Source: Chiloscyllium plagiosum (taxonomy: Eukaryota). From it: 64,000 nt of DNA. The stretch spans positions 4,164,382 to 4,228,381 of the forward strand of contig NC_057750.1 of the NCBI RefSeq assembly GCF_004010195.1, in the 5' to 3' direction. Position numbers and translations under genes: made by a program. The notes under the pieces were generated by a model. The model was not told the DNA's origin. It searched no databases and saw only the letters and a program-made list of their open reading frames with translations. Below are positions 27,021 to 40,548 of the stretch, in pieces; position 1 is the stretch's first letter; every line of letters begins with the position of its first letter.

Positions 27021-28099
27021 ACTAGACTGTTTTCCAGCATCATGTCAGCATGAGCTAATACTGTCAGTTTGTTGAGAAAATTTGGTCTCAACTGCAGTGA
27101 TCTGTGGTTGAATATGTGATTAACAGGATGGTGGATCCTGAATCAGTGGGAGCTTTCAAAAGGGAATTGGACAATACTTGAATGAGAAGAAATTACAGGG
27201 ACAATGGAAAAGACTGAGACTGTCTCGTTTGCACTTGGAAAATAACTCCGACTGAGTGGGCTGATTTTCTCAACTCATTGGGCTGTAGTTTCAACTTAAA
27301 TAAAAAGACAAAAGCTGCTGATTTTATTCTTGTGTAAATAGTTGAGAATTGGCACGACAGGTTGTCTGCTCTTCTGAACTTGAACTGACAAAGTCCACTG
27401 ATTCACATTGTCCAACAGTGGAAGCAGGTCTGCACTGGCCTGCACAGAAAGATAACTATATATGCATCACCTCCGATCGCCAGGGATCTGTCAGCACCAG
27501 CAGTTGCTTAACAGTTATGAGAAACTAGGCTTACCAAAGCCAGTGCCAAGACACAAAGAAAAACATGTAGCTGGGTGGTTCACATCCTTGTCAGAAATAG
27601 CATGAAGAAACTTGCTTTTGTGACATTTTAAAGTTTTCAATTGTTTTTCACTGCAACATTTTAGATGGAATGGCTTGCAATAGAACTGCTATTTTCTGAT
27701 GGTTATGTGGTGCACAGTTGTGCACTTCTCAACTGAAGAGATTTGTGCTGAGGATTTCGTTGGAGTTCTCTCCATCAAAAATCCAACTTCAACAGAATAT
27801 TGACCTGATAATCTATTTCAGCTGGGTTTCTGTCAAATTTACAATGACCTGGAGTAAATTCCTGGTATGAGATTTATTTTGTTGCAGGTCCCTCTCCATG
27901 TGTTGAAGCTTGTGCTGATTAAAATTGAATGAAATGCTGAAGAGGAGTCATACTGGACTCCGTGTTAACCTGTTTCTCTCCCTGCTGATGCTGCCTGACC
28001 CACTGAGTTTCTCCAGCATTCGGTGTTTGTTAAGGTTAGATGAATTGGTGCACAGGGAGCCATGTGGAGCATAAATGTTGATATGAACCAGTGGGCTGA

Positions 28100-28190
28100 A
28101 AGAAGGGCTTATGCCTGAAACGTCGATTCTCCTGCTCCTTTGATGCTGCCTGACCTGCTACGCTTTTCCAGCAACACATTTTTCAGCTTT
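28100..28190 (+). mobile_element. Family A short repeat
   Basis: aagaagggcttatgcctgaaacgtcgattctcctgctcc...ttttcagct. Confidence 0.75.
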
Positions 28191-28504
28191 GCTATCCTAA
28201 TGACCTTGTCTGCATTTGTGCAAGGTTTTACACTGGCTTTTGCCCATGAGCTGAATTCTCCTTCACAGGATTCTTTTGTAGAGAGAGAGATTCTGATCCC
28301 ACTCAGTTGGTTATTGATATGGCAAGTCCTGAGGAACTGACAAGGAGAATAGACCATGATGGGATTTATGCACAGGTCTCCTGCCAGTAGTAAGGATGTG
28401 GGGAAGAAAATAAATCGGGAGAAAGAAAAGGCATGGGAAAAATAATAATGGGGGTGTTTCATTTGCTTGTGGACTAGGAAAATCAGTTTGATAGCAGATC
28501 TCAA

Positions 28505-28660
28505 GAAAAGGCATTTGGATGGGTATATGAATAGGAAGCGTTTGGAGGGATATGGGCCAGGTGCTGGCAGGTGGCACTGGATTGGGTTGGGATATCTGGT
28601 CGGCATGGACGGGTTGGACCGAAGGGTCTGTTTCCATGCTGTACATCTCTATGACTCCAT
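28505..28660 (+). mobile_element. CR1 3' terminal fragment
   Basis: KRHLDGYMNRK.LEGYGP, ending ...gaagggtctgtttccatgctgtacatctctatgactc. Confidence 0.72.
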
Positions 28661-29027
28661 GGCTCTTTTGCAGTAATAAGACTTCCTAATACTTGAATGT
28701 CTGATCATTATTTGGATACCAAGAAGGTAATGAACCAATAGTAGTCACTTGATGCTGGACCTGCATATTCTGGGATCCTGAAATGACCTGTTCCCTCAGC
28801 TGCCTCTTCGGAAACAAATGTTCACAAGATTGACCCTCATAGTGAAGCAGACCAGAAGCATTTTCAAGGAATAGGAATGGACCAAATGCCACTGGTCTGA
28901 GTGTGTTCAGAGGGACTCCCACACTTTGGGTTACACTTGCAGTATTACAGGGTGAGCCCCATATCCGTTGAAGCATTTTCCACAGTTTCAGTCACCCGCG
29001 GTTTATCAGGGCTAGAACATATTCAAC

Positions 29028-29374
29028 ACTGTGGCTCAGTGGTTAGCACTGCTGCCTCACAGCACCAGGGACCTGAGTTCAATTCCAGCCTCTGATGACT
29101 GTCGGTGTGGAGTTTGCACATTCTGCCCGTGTCTGTGTGGGTTTCCTCCGGGTGCTCCAGTTTTTTCCCACAGTCCAAAGAGGTGAAGGTTGGGTGAACT
29201 GGTCATGGGAAATTGCCTGTAGTGTTAAGGGATGTATAGGTTAGATATATTAGTAAGAGGTAAATATAGGAATATAGGGTCATGGAATGGGTCTGGATGG
29301 ATTACTCTTCAGAGGGTCAGCGTGGACTTGTTGGACTGAAGGACCTGTTTCCGCAGTGTAGGGATTCTATGATT
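29028..29374 (+). mobile_element. HE1-type V-SINE
   Basis: Same structure as 8033-8371. Confidence 0.85.
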
Positions 29375-30390
29375 TTTTAAAAAAAGTATATTATAGGGAA
29401 CGTTCCAGAACCAGGGACCAGGAGGCTGCTGGGAAGATACATTTCCCACTTAATTGAATGGGTTCAGTCCTATCTGCGGTTTTGGGCTTCCGCAGTCCTT
29501 CCTGAAACATATCTCCCATGGGTGTGGGGGTGGAACTACTGTATAATGTAAGCTCTTTGAGACAGCTAGACTGTAGTGAGATGTAATTAAGGAAGCCAAC
29601 TCACTTTTATAGCATGTACTCAATCTTCTCATCAGAGTTCAGGCTTTAGAAAATGAAGTCCTTCTCTCAGCCAGTGCTTGACTCCAGGTAACATCTTTAT
29701 GACAATCTCAAGTCAGATTTGCTGAAGATCTGGTCTGCTGCAGCTCACTAAGACAAACCATTCAGACAGAAAACTTGATCTCGATCACATTGTGTTTTTG
29801 CTTGTTTGAGTTTTAAGTCCATTGAGTTGTGCAGTGGTGGGTGATTTCTCCATACCATGTCCTTTTAAACAGTTCAGACAGGAAACCTGTTCTTGGGCAA
29901 CAAGAATTTTAGGGTGCAGATTTAGAAGCAAGTTCATTTTTTTTTCTACTGATTACAAGGTTATGTTCACAATGTTGCTTTAACTGAACCTGACCCCTGT
30001 TATTTTTTGCCAGCCTTGTATGAGTTGACCTCTTGTTCCAGGTTTCTCAGACTGCTGACTCTTTAGTCAGTCGGGTCTCCCTCTCTTGCCTTGTCATGTT
30101 CCTGCTTGCTCAACATTCCCCATACTTTCCCTAAAAACACCCACCATTCTCACTTCCCCTTTTTCTCTTGCTGCTTGTTTAAAGCTGTTTTTTAACCTCT
30201 TCCAGGAGACTTGGGAAAGGAAGAGCAGTAGTGTTTAGTGATGACACTCTGGCTGTTGTTTTAAGCAGGCTTGATGGCCTTTTCCTGCCCATTTGATGTT
30301 GTATGTGCATGCCCTGTTTGGCACTTCATATGTATGTGCTTCCACAAGGTTGCGTTTTCAGTGTTCTTAAATGTACTGCTGTTTGATCAG

Positions 30391-31417
30391 ACTCAAAAAT
30401 TGTGGTGATGGAAAAGCACAGCCAGTCAGGCAGCATCCAAATAGGAGGAGAGTCGACGTTTCAAGCATGAACTCTTTATCAAGAATGGAGGGGGGGGGCC
30501 CAAGGGGGCTATGAGATAAATGGGAGGGGTGCGGGGCTGGGGTGAAGGTAGCTGGAAATGCGATAGTGAGATGAAGATAGGGAATGATGGTGATAAGTTG
30601 GAGCAGGTAGGTGGGAAAGGAGGTGGACAGGTAGGACAGTTCAAGAGGGTGGTGCTGCGTTGGATCTGGGATAAGGTAGGGGCAGGGGAAATAAAAAAAA
30701 CTTGTGAAATCGACTGATCCCATGTGGCTGGAGGGTCCCAAGGCGGAAGATGAGGTGTTCTTCCTCCAGGCATTGGGTGGCTACAGTTTGGCGGTGTCAC
30801 TTGCAACATTGACACTGGACCTGTACATTCTGGAATCCTGAAAAGACTTGTTTTGCGGAATGTCCCAGAGAACATCTCTGGGACATATGTACTAAACAAC
30901 CCCACTGCTCTGTGGCCGAACACTTCAACTCCTCCTTCCACTCCAAGGGCATGCAAGTCCTTGGCTTCCTCCACCACCACAATTCTAGCTTCACGACGCT
31001 TAGAGGAAGAAGGCCTCATCTTCCACCTTTGGACCCTCCAATCACACTGGGTCAATGCCGATTTCACCAGTTTCCTTATTTCCCCTACCCCTACCTTATC
31101 CCAGACCCAACCCTCTAACTTGGCACTGGCCTCTTGAACTGTCCTATCTGTCCATCTCCCTTCCCACCTATCGGCTCCACCCTCTTCTCCGACCTACCAC
31201 CATCACTCCCACCTTCATCTACCGATCGCATTCTTGGCTACTTTCGCCTCAGCCCCACACCCTTTCATTTATCTTTCAGCCCCTTCCCGTGCCCCCTCCC
31301 CTCCCCATGAAGACCTCATGCTTAAAATGTCGACTCTCCTGCTCCTCAGATGCTGCCTTTTCCAATACCACATTTACCGACTCTGACCTCCAACATTTGC
31401 AGTCCTCACTTTCCCCT
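30391..31417. mobile_element. Second PLE family ('family A'): head-to-head inverted dimer of 3' ends
   Basis: Right arm (+) encodes a GIY-YIG C-terminus VAEHFNSSFHS..MQVLG..RRLEEEGLIFHLWTL..VN, followed by the family A tail. The left arm (30391-~30795) is its reverse complement. TSD tgc(t/a)gtttgatcag at 30377-30390 and 31418-31431. Confidence 0.8.
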
Positions 31418-33875
31418 TGCAGTTTGATCAGGGCAAATCCACAGAATTTTAATGCTTTGAGGAAATGAGTCAGACAGTATAAATATAGTTTAACCTTCTT
31501 AAGTCTTCATTTTCCACCTACTGACACTGCTGCCTGTATCATGTTGGGTTTGACCCAAGAGACACTTTTTGCTATGTTGTCCGTAAGCCCCCCCCTATCC
31601 CAGTGCTCATAGGCCACATGGTATGTGTGCTCCATCCCTGGTTTTTACTCAACAATTCACTTTTACTCTTGACCTTTTTGGAGTCTGCTTCCTAAGGTAG
31701 AGATTGCACAATGGTCAATTCAAACATGACTAAGAGATTGATCTCAGTAATGAGAGCACTGAAGAATTTCAACTAAATTAGCAGTTAATTTTTTTTTTTC
31801 TCAGTTTGTTCCATGCATGCATGAGAATGAGAAGCTGGTTCTGTATGCTTCTGTCATGGAAAAAAAATTCCAATTTAAACATTAAGCTGCCAAGTACAGG
31901 AAGTGCCTAATCATCATCTGCTCATACAACCCACATTTCCCTGGATCTTTAATGCCATTGGGTCTTGAGGTCAGCAGGTTTACATTTGTCAGTGTCATTA
32001 ACAGTGAGAGAATAGTTTGTCATGGACAGTAGCCATACTGAGGTATCTCCATATTCAAACTACACTGCTCCTTTTGGGAGCTGAAAGCCTTTATAATGAC
32101 AAATTCAGTAAAGCAGACTGTATTAGGCAAACACTGCTGCTAGTTGAGTCATTTCTGCATCTCCCTGATACCTATGTACTTGTGCAGTTCAACACAGTCA
32201 AAAGTTCTTCTCTTCCCTTCCCCCTACAGCTGGCTTTTCTATTCCTGTTTGAATAAAGAATTATCAATGAAAGACATAATTTTGAATTCTAGATGAAAGA
32301 AACTGGTATTTTAAAAATTAGTTTATATTGTGTGGGCTGCATCAATTAGAAAAACAAATATTCAGTATTGATTTTTTTACAATAAAGAAAAGACCCATTA
32401 TTCCATTATTATAGGATTGTAGACAGATGGGAAGAATTGCTGGAATATCCTGTTCTCATACCCCCAATACCTACCCAAACTTTGCACATCATTCAGCTCT
32501 AACAAAGCGCTTAATAAAAGCAAAAAAAAACCTGGACGTTGTTCAGTAGTGAGAGAGTGATCGAAGTTTAACTGTTTCACTGGAGCATTACTGTCACTGA
32601 ATGCCCAACGTCAAAACCTTGCGTTTGCCATTAGCCAGAAACTCTATTGAATATGCCACATAAATATTGTGGATATAGGAGGATGTCAGAGTCTGGAATT
32701 CTATGCCTGAATTCCCCTGAATTACCAAAGCCTGTCCCAATGTATGAAGCAAAAACTTAGAAATATAATTGTGAATAACCTTTACTCGTTTGGATATTAT
32801 AGCTTCTTGAATGTTTTTGGAGCTAAACGCTGTCCAGTATGCATCTACCTGCTTAATCTGTACCCATCCAGCAAATTAATTATTTATTCATTCCTATTGT
32901 CTCAATGGCAGCAGTGCATGCAAGATATACTGCAACAATTTCTGACAGCATCCTCTACCACCTGGAAGAGAAAAGGCAGCAGGTACATGAGAATAGAAAA
33001 GAATAGTAATTTATTGTCACTAGTATTTTTACAAGAAATGCAGTGAAAAGAGTGTAAGTTGTCATGAGAGGATCACCACCTGTAAATTCTCCTCAAACTA
33101 CATACCATCCTCACCTGGAATTTGTGTGGCAGTTCCTCCACTCTTGTACAATGCCAGGGAGTATGTAGACTGGTTCAGGAAGGCAGCCCACCACTCTTAA
33201 AGAAAATTTGGGAATCAACAATGTTCATTTCCGAAGAATGAAAGAAGACAGGCCTAGAGCAGAGAACCGTAGTAATAGAAGGTTGTAGAGAAAACAAACT
33301 GCAACTCCAGGTTAGGTGGAAGGAATGGCCAGGCTAAATTGGAACATGAAAGGATTTTCATTATACTGTATGAACAATGATAGGATTTGTGTGGCTTTGT
33401 TTTAGTTGAGTTACAATTTGTGAAGGCCAAACCCATTGAGCTGCCTGCAAGTATGTCCAGACAGAGTACAGGCATTTTACCTTTTATCTAAAAAAGCAAT
33501 TGCAGGATTAGTTTTCTCAACAAACTGTACTTTCCTGCAGTACTTCAGTGAAGTAGCATGGTAACTTTGCACCCTTTTTACTTGGTTAAGTTGCCAATTT
33601 TTTTTTTGAGCGAGTTTGAAACTTTATTCAATTTTGATCAATCAACTCACCTACTCATTAGTGCTTTACCCTTCAATCTGTATCTCTTAAATGTATTCAA
33701 TCATCTGACTCTTGAATCCATTGTTCTTGTCCGTCCACGTTGGTCTTCTCTAGTAACTTGTCTTTCACTTGGATGATAAGAATTTGTCCCGATTTTCCTT
33801 GGCATAATTAAATGCTAATGTATTGCTTGGTGAGTTGGAAGTATTTTTTACTACAGGACTTTGATGTCCTCCATG

Positions 33876-34049
33876 CAGAGGAACCTCGACTATCCGAAGG
33901 ACGCGGGCAGGGAGTATTTTGTTTGGTTAATCAAATTCCGGGTAATCAAATGCCGGAAAGCATAGTTTAGCCAAGCACCAGGACTTTGCAGTCATGCCGG
34001 ATAATCTGATATTCAGATAATCGAATGTCAGATAATTGAGCTTCCTCTG
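33876..34049. mobile_element. MITE with Tigger/pogo-like terminal inverted repeats
   Basis: TIRs cagaggaacctcgactatccga (33876-33897) and tcagataattgagcttcctctg (34028-34049), 18/22 complementary. Internal gataatcgaa-type subrepeats. Confidence 0.72.
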
Positions 34050-34451
34050 TGTATGGTGGTGTTTTCGGTACAAAATAGTAATTGCTTTGTTTTTCTTTTC
34101 TCGTTGCAGAATGACCGTGTTCGCCATCTGGCTAAAGTATCAAAGGCAACTCTTTTATATATGTATTGAAACATACAAGGTGTATATTTGGAATTAGAGC
34201 TTCATCCCACCACATCATCCCTATTCTGGGTGTTCTACATTAAATAACTTAAATGCCGCAAAAGCATTAAGCATGCGGGCACCATGGAATTATAAAAAGA
34301 GACTTCAGATCCCGTTTTATTGCAGAGCTGCTACTCATTTACATATTTGTTGAAGTTACTTGTGTTTTAATCTTGAATGAGCAGCTCCCAGTGTAAAGGA
34401 AATGATTGGGGCCTTTCTGTTCCTCCCAGTGAGCCAGAGTGTTAATAGACT

Positions 34452-35892
34452 ATGACAAGCTATCGACCTGTTCAAAATGCAAAGGTGGAGGTTGGTGGAA
34501 TGGTCATAGGTGGAGTGGACTTTCTTGAAGGTACGAACACATGTGATTACTATGCATCTCCATTCAGGGCCCAGAATGGGAACATTTGCTCGCTGGGTGA
34601 AAATGTACCCCGTGCAAATTCAACCCCTGCCATGCCAAAAATGGGAGTCCGAGCTCGAATTGCTGACTGGCCCCCAAAACGAGATGTAACAAAAGATGTC
34701 GGAAGGGACTTGGGTGGATCAATGGTGGACACTGAATTTACAAGTTTTCATAGTGGGCAATATTGCCTGAACTATGAAAATGCTTCCCATCCCTCTCAGA
34801 CCCGAGGCCTGCACCGCATTCCTCGAGGGAAGTCAAAAGAAGCAGAGTTCCAAGGTTACTGGCCTAGGTCCCCAGCCAAAATGTTTGTTCCATTGAGAGT
34901 TCGAAGTAACAGTGAGGTTACTCTCAATGAGCACGATGCAGAAGGAGCCCTAGAGCTTAAAGGAAATGGAATGCTACCCTTGAGGGAATATGGTAGCACT
35001 TCATCTATAGATGTTAGTGGAGTGTCGTCTGAAAGCTTTTTTGATATGTTGAAAGAGTTCAAAAATGAGAAGATTGATCAACGGAGTTCAGTACCAGAAA
35101 ACCTCAAGAAGCTCCTTCGGGCTGACCTAAGCATGGCCTCCAATCTGAACCTGGCAGGTAACAGCAAGACTGATGACAGTCAAAGTGAATCATCTCAGAG
35201 AGACGAACCCAAGAGCACAGGCAAGGATCGACGTAAAAAGCAGTCTCGGAATGAAAGTGGTGAATCGATCTTGAAGAAACTGCGCAGCAACAAAAGTGAG
35301 CATGAATCTGGGAGATCCAGCTCGGACAATGAAGACAATAAATCCCAGGATAGCAATAAGCCATGGGTTTGTCAAAAGAGCTTTGCCCATTTTGATGTGC
35401 AGAGTATACTATTTGATCTCAATGAAGTGGTGAGCAACAGGAACTATGTACCATACCGGAGAAACACCACAACTGGTGCCTCAGCTGCATCAGCTGCTTC
35501 ACTTGCTGTGTCTCGGTCTCATGCTCTGGGAGGACAGGATTCCGGCTTCACTAGCACTGAGGAGGTGAATGGCAAAGAGAATCTGGAGCCAGATCTTGGT
35601 GACAGCAATTGCAACGATCTGCTCCTAAACTGCCCTCATTTCCGCAATGAAACAGGTGGGACCTGTGAGCATAATATCAGCTTATCAAAGGCGAGTATGA
35701 ATGCAGGTTTGGGTCTCGGTTGTGATGGTGGATTTCTAAAGGTGGTTTGGAACCCATACTGCACAAATGCAAGTGTTTCTGAACTAGAGGTCCCAAAAGA
35801 GAGGCACCTCAGCCAGGAAAGACTGAAACAGTTCAGCATCGAGCATGTGGATCGGGGAGCCAAATATTATCAGGATTACTTCCATGGGAAAG
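34452..35892 (+). CDS. SIPA1L3: SIPA1L3 first coding exon (N-terminal region); exon probably begins at 34110 with a 342-nt 5'UTR part
   Basis: 489-aa ORF starting MTSYRP with SIPA1L motifs PAMPKMGVRARIADWPPK, PLREYGSTSSID, FAHFDVQSILFD, RRNTTTGASAAS, LLLNCPHFRNE, SIEHVDRGAKYYQDYFHGK. Donor G|gtacag after 35892 (phase 1). Acceptor ttttcttttctcgttgcag ends 34109. Confidence 0.93.
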
Positions 35893-37687
35893 GTACAGTA
35901 ACTAATCAAAATGGTCCTTAATTCTTACAGATCTTAAACCTTGCCAGATATCTTGTTGGAGTGCCATGGATTCAGAGACAGCCTCCATTTTCTCATATCA
36001 AATTGTCATTGAAGTTGAATCTACAATCCTCTAATAATGCTTGCCACTTATTGATGGCAAGTTTACCATTCAATCCTCTCTCGGTTCCACAAAAATGAAT
36101 AATTAGGGATCCAGTTGAGATCAGATTTGTAATCATCCATATGCTCCCTATTGGGAAGTTTAAAACCATTCTGTCCAGATCTTGGCAGCGATCAAAGGAC
36201 ACTTTATTATTTTTGAGGACTGTGGTAATACTTGATCCATCTGCATTCATGGAATGTCATCTGAAGGTTTGTTTTAATATGATGAGTACTGGTCACTTAA
36301 TCTGAACCAGTTATATGACTTTGTTTTTATTCCTTTCAGAGGCTTGCTTAGCTGCTAAGTGCGCTCAGTATTTTTCCTCTCACACAGTCTCCATCAATTC
36401 TGGGATCAGTATTCTAAATGCGGTTTTTAAGCAGTATCCCTACCTCCTCAAGCTCCAATTAATCAAACTTTTATAGCCCAAATAAATCCTGTCTCATGTA
36501 GAGTCCCACACACCGCTTGCACCTGTCCTCTACCAATTCTATGACATGCTTTTACTTTGCCAACCTCAAACAATAAAAGTCAATAGCATAACAGAAGGCC
36601 ATTTGCCCTGCCATGTCTGTGTAAATCAGAAACAAGCAAGCAAACCTAATCTCGTTTTTCCCCACCTGCTCTATAGCTTAAAGCACGTCAAGTACTTTTT
36701 AAAATATCATGAGGACTTCAGACTCTGCCATGGGATCAGTCACACATGAACTTGAAACAGCTTGTTTAATTTGAAATATTGATCACAGAAACATTCAACG
36801 ACATGATTGTAGCCCAGAGGCCGCCTTATTTAGGATTCTGAAAATGTTGAGGCTCTCTTGACACCCAATAGACCTGATAATGTTCTAATTTAGTTTTTAA
36901 ATCTTGTAAACAAATGTCGGGGGTGCATACTAGCCATCTACATTTGCTTTTCTGTTGTTGCAGGTTCTTCAATGCAGAAGTTTAGTAGTTTTTCTTTTAA
37001 ATTGACTTGCTCCTCATGCTTTTTTATAGTTTCCTCACATCTTTCCCCTTTCTGTATTGGGAGGAAAACATGGGAAGGATTAACAGAATTACCATGTCAT
37101 AAAGTAAAACGTGCCCCCATTCCCTAGTTTTAAGGTTTGCAGCAAGCAACAATGTAATTAGTGTTCTGCTAATGACCAACATCTCAACAGATACTGGTTG
37201 TTCTGCGTCGTAAATGATCCAAACTCCCAACCTTTCCCGACTTTGTGCCCTTGGGTTGGCTATAAATGTGTTTGTCTTTTCCATATTGATTGCAATGTCT
37301 GAATATTCTTGCTGTAGTAAATACAGCTGTACACAGTGGTTCAGGTTAGTGTAAATTACTGCATCCTGCCATTTGTTTGTTCCTTCCCAGTGTGATGAAC
37401 CATGATTCCAGTCCATTGCTGCTATCCTACAGTGGATTTTATTGAGCTCACTGGCAGTGACCTTTTCTCCTGCAACCTCTGGTCATGTTATTGCTGTTTT
37501 ATTCCCACCATCCTTTTCCTGACTTCTGCTTCACCTTGGTCCACATTAAATTACATCAATTCTCTTCAAACTACAATGGCGAAACAAAATTTAAACCTTT
37601 GTAAATTGCTATTTTGTAGCACTAGTTGCTTAAGTTATGCGAGCAACAATATTTTAGGTACCTTTTCTAATCAATGCATTATTTTAA

Positions 37688-37860
37688 CCACGGCCAATTC
37701 ACCCTAACCTGCACATATTTGGACTATGGGAGGAAACCAGAGCACCCAGAGGAAGCCCACGCAGACATGGCGAGAATGTGCAAACTCCACATAGACAGTC
37801 ATCCAAGGTTGGAATCAAACCGGGTCCCTGGAACTTTGAGGCAGCAGTGCGAACCACTGT
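37688..37860 (-). mobile_element. HE1-type V-SINE (partial)
   Basis: Reverse-complement V-domain and head. Confidence 0.8.
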
Positions 37861-38703
37861 TTAGTAGTAGCAATGTACAATACCTACAAGATGCACTGCA
37901 GAAATTCACCTCAGCAGTAAACCCACTTATTTAGGATTCCAAACCCACAACCACTTCCATCTAGAAGGACAAGGGCAGCATATACATGGAACACCAGCCC
38001 CTGCAAATTCCTTTCCAAATCACTCACCATTTTGATTTGGAAATATACTGCTGCTCCTTCATTGCTGCAGGGTCAGAATTTTAGAATTCCCTTCCCAATG
38101 GCGTTGTGGGTCAACCCGCAGCATGTGGGCTGCAGTGGTTCAAGAAACAGCTTATAACCACCTTGTCAAAGGCAACTAGGAATGGGCAATTAATGCTAGC
38201 CCAGCCTGCATCCCACAACATGAATAACTTTTTTTTACAAAAAGTGAATATTCTGCAATGTCCAGACTCATCCATGAAGAATGGCCACCTCAGCAAGTGG
38301 CAGTGTACTAGCATAGGGACCCGCTGGCTTTGTACTTTGAAGTAGGGTTCTTACTCTGAAAAGGTGAGGAAAGAGTAACTTTGAAGACATTTAGGATTCT
38401 TGTAACTTGAATATTTGAAGTCATTTGAGTTTTTAAAACTTGGAATATACATTTTGGTAAAGTTGTTAGTAGCCTGTGATTTCCAAAACCAGATAAGTTG
38501 AAAATATTTTACTGCCATCTCAACCAAAGAGAAATTTTTAAAAGAAACAACATCAAAAAATAGTCCTGTTTCCTCCTTTCCATCTTCCCGGCATCTACAC
38601 AGCAATAAACTATTTGGACTCCCGCTCCTTCATCACAATGGAAATGTTTTAAAATGGTCTTGCACAGTCATTTAGTTCACTGCTCTGAACTTTTCGCTCT
38701 TAG

Positions 38704-38834
38704 AACACTGGAATTATTTTGGAGTGGATGAAAAGCTGGGCCCAGTGGCAGTGAGCATCAAGAGGGAAAAACTGGAGGACAGCAAAGAGCATGGACTCCA
38801 GTACGTCTACCGAATAATCTTCAGGACAAGTGAG
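38704..38834 (+). CDS. SIPA1L3: SIPA1L3 coding exon 2
   Basis: Acceptor ttttcgctcttag. Translates (E)[43 protein letters not shown]. Donor gtcagt. 131 nt, phase 1 to 0. Confidence 0.95.
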
Positions 38835-39880
38835 GTCAGTATTTGATCACATCCTAACAGTTGACTGAGTATTTGGCATTAAGAAGCCTTGGCAACCCTG
38901 GAGTCAATAGAAATAGGGGAGAACTCACTGCTGGTTGGAGTCATATCAAAGGAATATGTGATTGGATTGTTCTTCAGTCCCTGCACATCGCTGCAGGAGT
39001 TCCTCAGTGTCACGTTTTAGGCCCAACCGTCTTTAGCTATCACATTAATGAGCTTCTCTCATCATTAAATCATTGTAGGTGGGTTTGCTAATGATTATAC
39101 AAATGTTCAGCAGCATTTGTAACTCAAATACTGAAGCAGCATGTGCCCAAATATAGCAAGATTTGACCAACATCCAGGCTTGGGCTGATAAGTTACATAA
39201 CATTTGTTGCCTGGCACTTGTGTGGCAATGACCATCTTCAGTTGATGTCACTCCACACCCCACAAACTAATTCACCAGCCCCTCCTTAACAAAGGGGTGA
39301 TGACATGGCTTGGGAGATGTTGTCAAAAAACCTTCATCAGGTGCAACATTCCACCTTGTAACTGGAACATTCAGCAGCTGTATTTGTACCAGTGATGGAA
39401 GGAGTGCATGTTCAGAGTGGGGAACCAATCAAGAGGATCACTTTTTGTGCTGGACTGTGCTACATTTTGACTGTATTGGTGTTGTAGACAGTGGATACAT
39501 TCAGTAGTGATGTGTACGTGATGTAAAGCAAAAGTGTCCATCAGTGAAACGTTTTCAGCTTGACATGGTGTTGTCGAAAGATCAGAACATGCCATTCATG
39601 CCAAAGCCTATTGCATAGCCTGATATAAATTGTTGCTGGCAGATATGGGAGAGTTCAGGTTGAGTCCTTCCAGCTGATCAGTCACACCGCTTCATAAGTA
39701 GCTCTGTTGCCTCTGTCAGTATTATTGTTTTTATTCAAGTCATAAGGTTGTCTGTGATAGCAGGCTTTTCCTTCGAGTCAGCACTGTAAAGTGAAGTGTT
39801 TATGAACAGTTCTTTTAAAGAATTGGCAATTTTTAAAACTTGGCTGAACTGAATGAAAATATGAACATTTAATTTTGCAG

Positions 39881-40069
39881 CTCATTACACTAAGAGGAGC
39901 AATCCTGGAGGATGCGGTTCCATCAACATCAAAACATGGTACAGTGCGAGGGCTCCTGCTGAAAGAGGTATTGGAATCTGTTATACCAGAACTGAACATT
40001 CAGTGTCTGCGGCTGGCGTTCAGCACTGTAAAAGTGACAGAGCAGCTGCTAAAACTGGATGAACAAGGG
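39881..40069 (+). CDS. SIPA1L3: SIPA1L3 coding exon 3
   Basis: Acceptor aattttgcag. [63 protein letters not shown]. Donor gtgagt. 189 nt. Confidence 0.95.
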
Positions 40070-40299
40070 GTGAGTTGAAATCTCTTTGGGATATTAATAC
40101 CCTTGTGTCGATCACAGTGTCACAACGGGATCAATTCACTACATGGAATAGGCTACTCTGACTGCAACCTTACGGGCACGCTCTTTCCTTCACCAGTTAC
40201 CACCAGACATTCATCAACAATGTGCAACTTACCAGGGAGTTCATTAAGTGCCTATAAATCAAATTACAGAGTTTGAAATTGAGGGGATAATGTTTCTAT

Positions 40300-40548
40300 A
40301 TGTCTAATCCTCATTTGTCTTCTGAAAGCCCTTGTGTGGCTGGTGATGATGTATGGCTGTGACAGCTGGCCCATGAAGAGTGATGAGGTTTGGATAAGAC
40401 TCTTTGAAATTAAAGGATTCAGACAGATTTTATGCATGTCATGGACTGCCAAATGGATAAACAAGTGGGTCCTTGAGAAGACTGTTGTTAATAGGAGCAT
40501 TGTTTTTGAGGAAGTGAAATGGGAAAGCTTGTATATTTTGGGCATGAT
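40300..40548 (+). mobile_element. RTE/BovB-like LINE fragment
   Basis: VMMYGCDSWPMK..IRLFEIKGFRQILCMSWTAK..N.WVL..LYILG resembles the RTE post-RT motif YGCESW..FE....RR.L...W. Confidence 0.6.

Noticed and set aside
30426..31468. 213-aa, 137-aa and 124-aa ORFs as host genes
   Set aside because: They lie wholly within the inverted PLE dimer, mostly in antisense or UTR frames.
1..34109. Upstream non-coding exons or promoter of SIPA1L3
   Set aside because: No CpG island or convincing acceptor-donor pair could be supported by eye. Isolated donor-like sites (near 2709, 4870, 4921) are insufficient.
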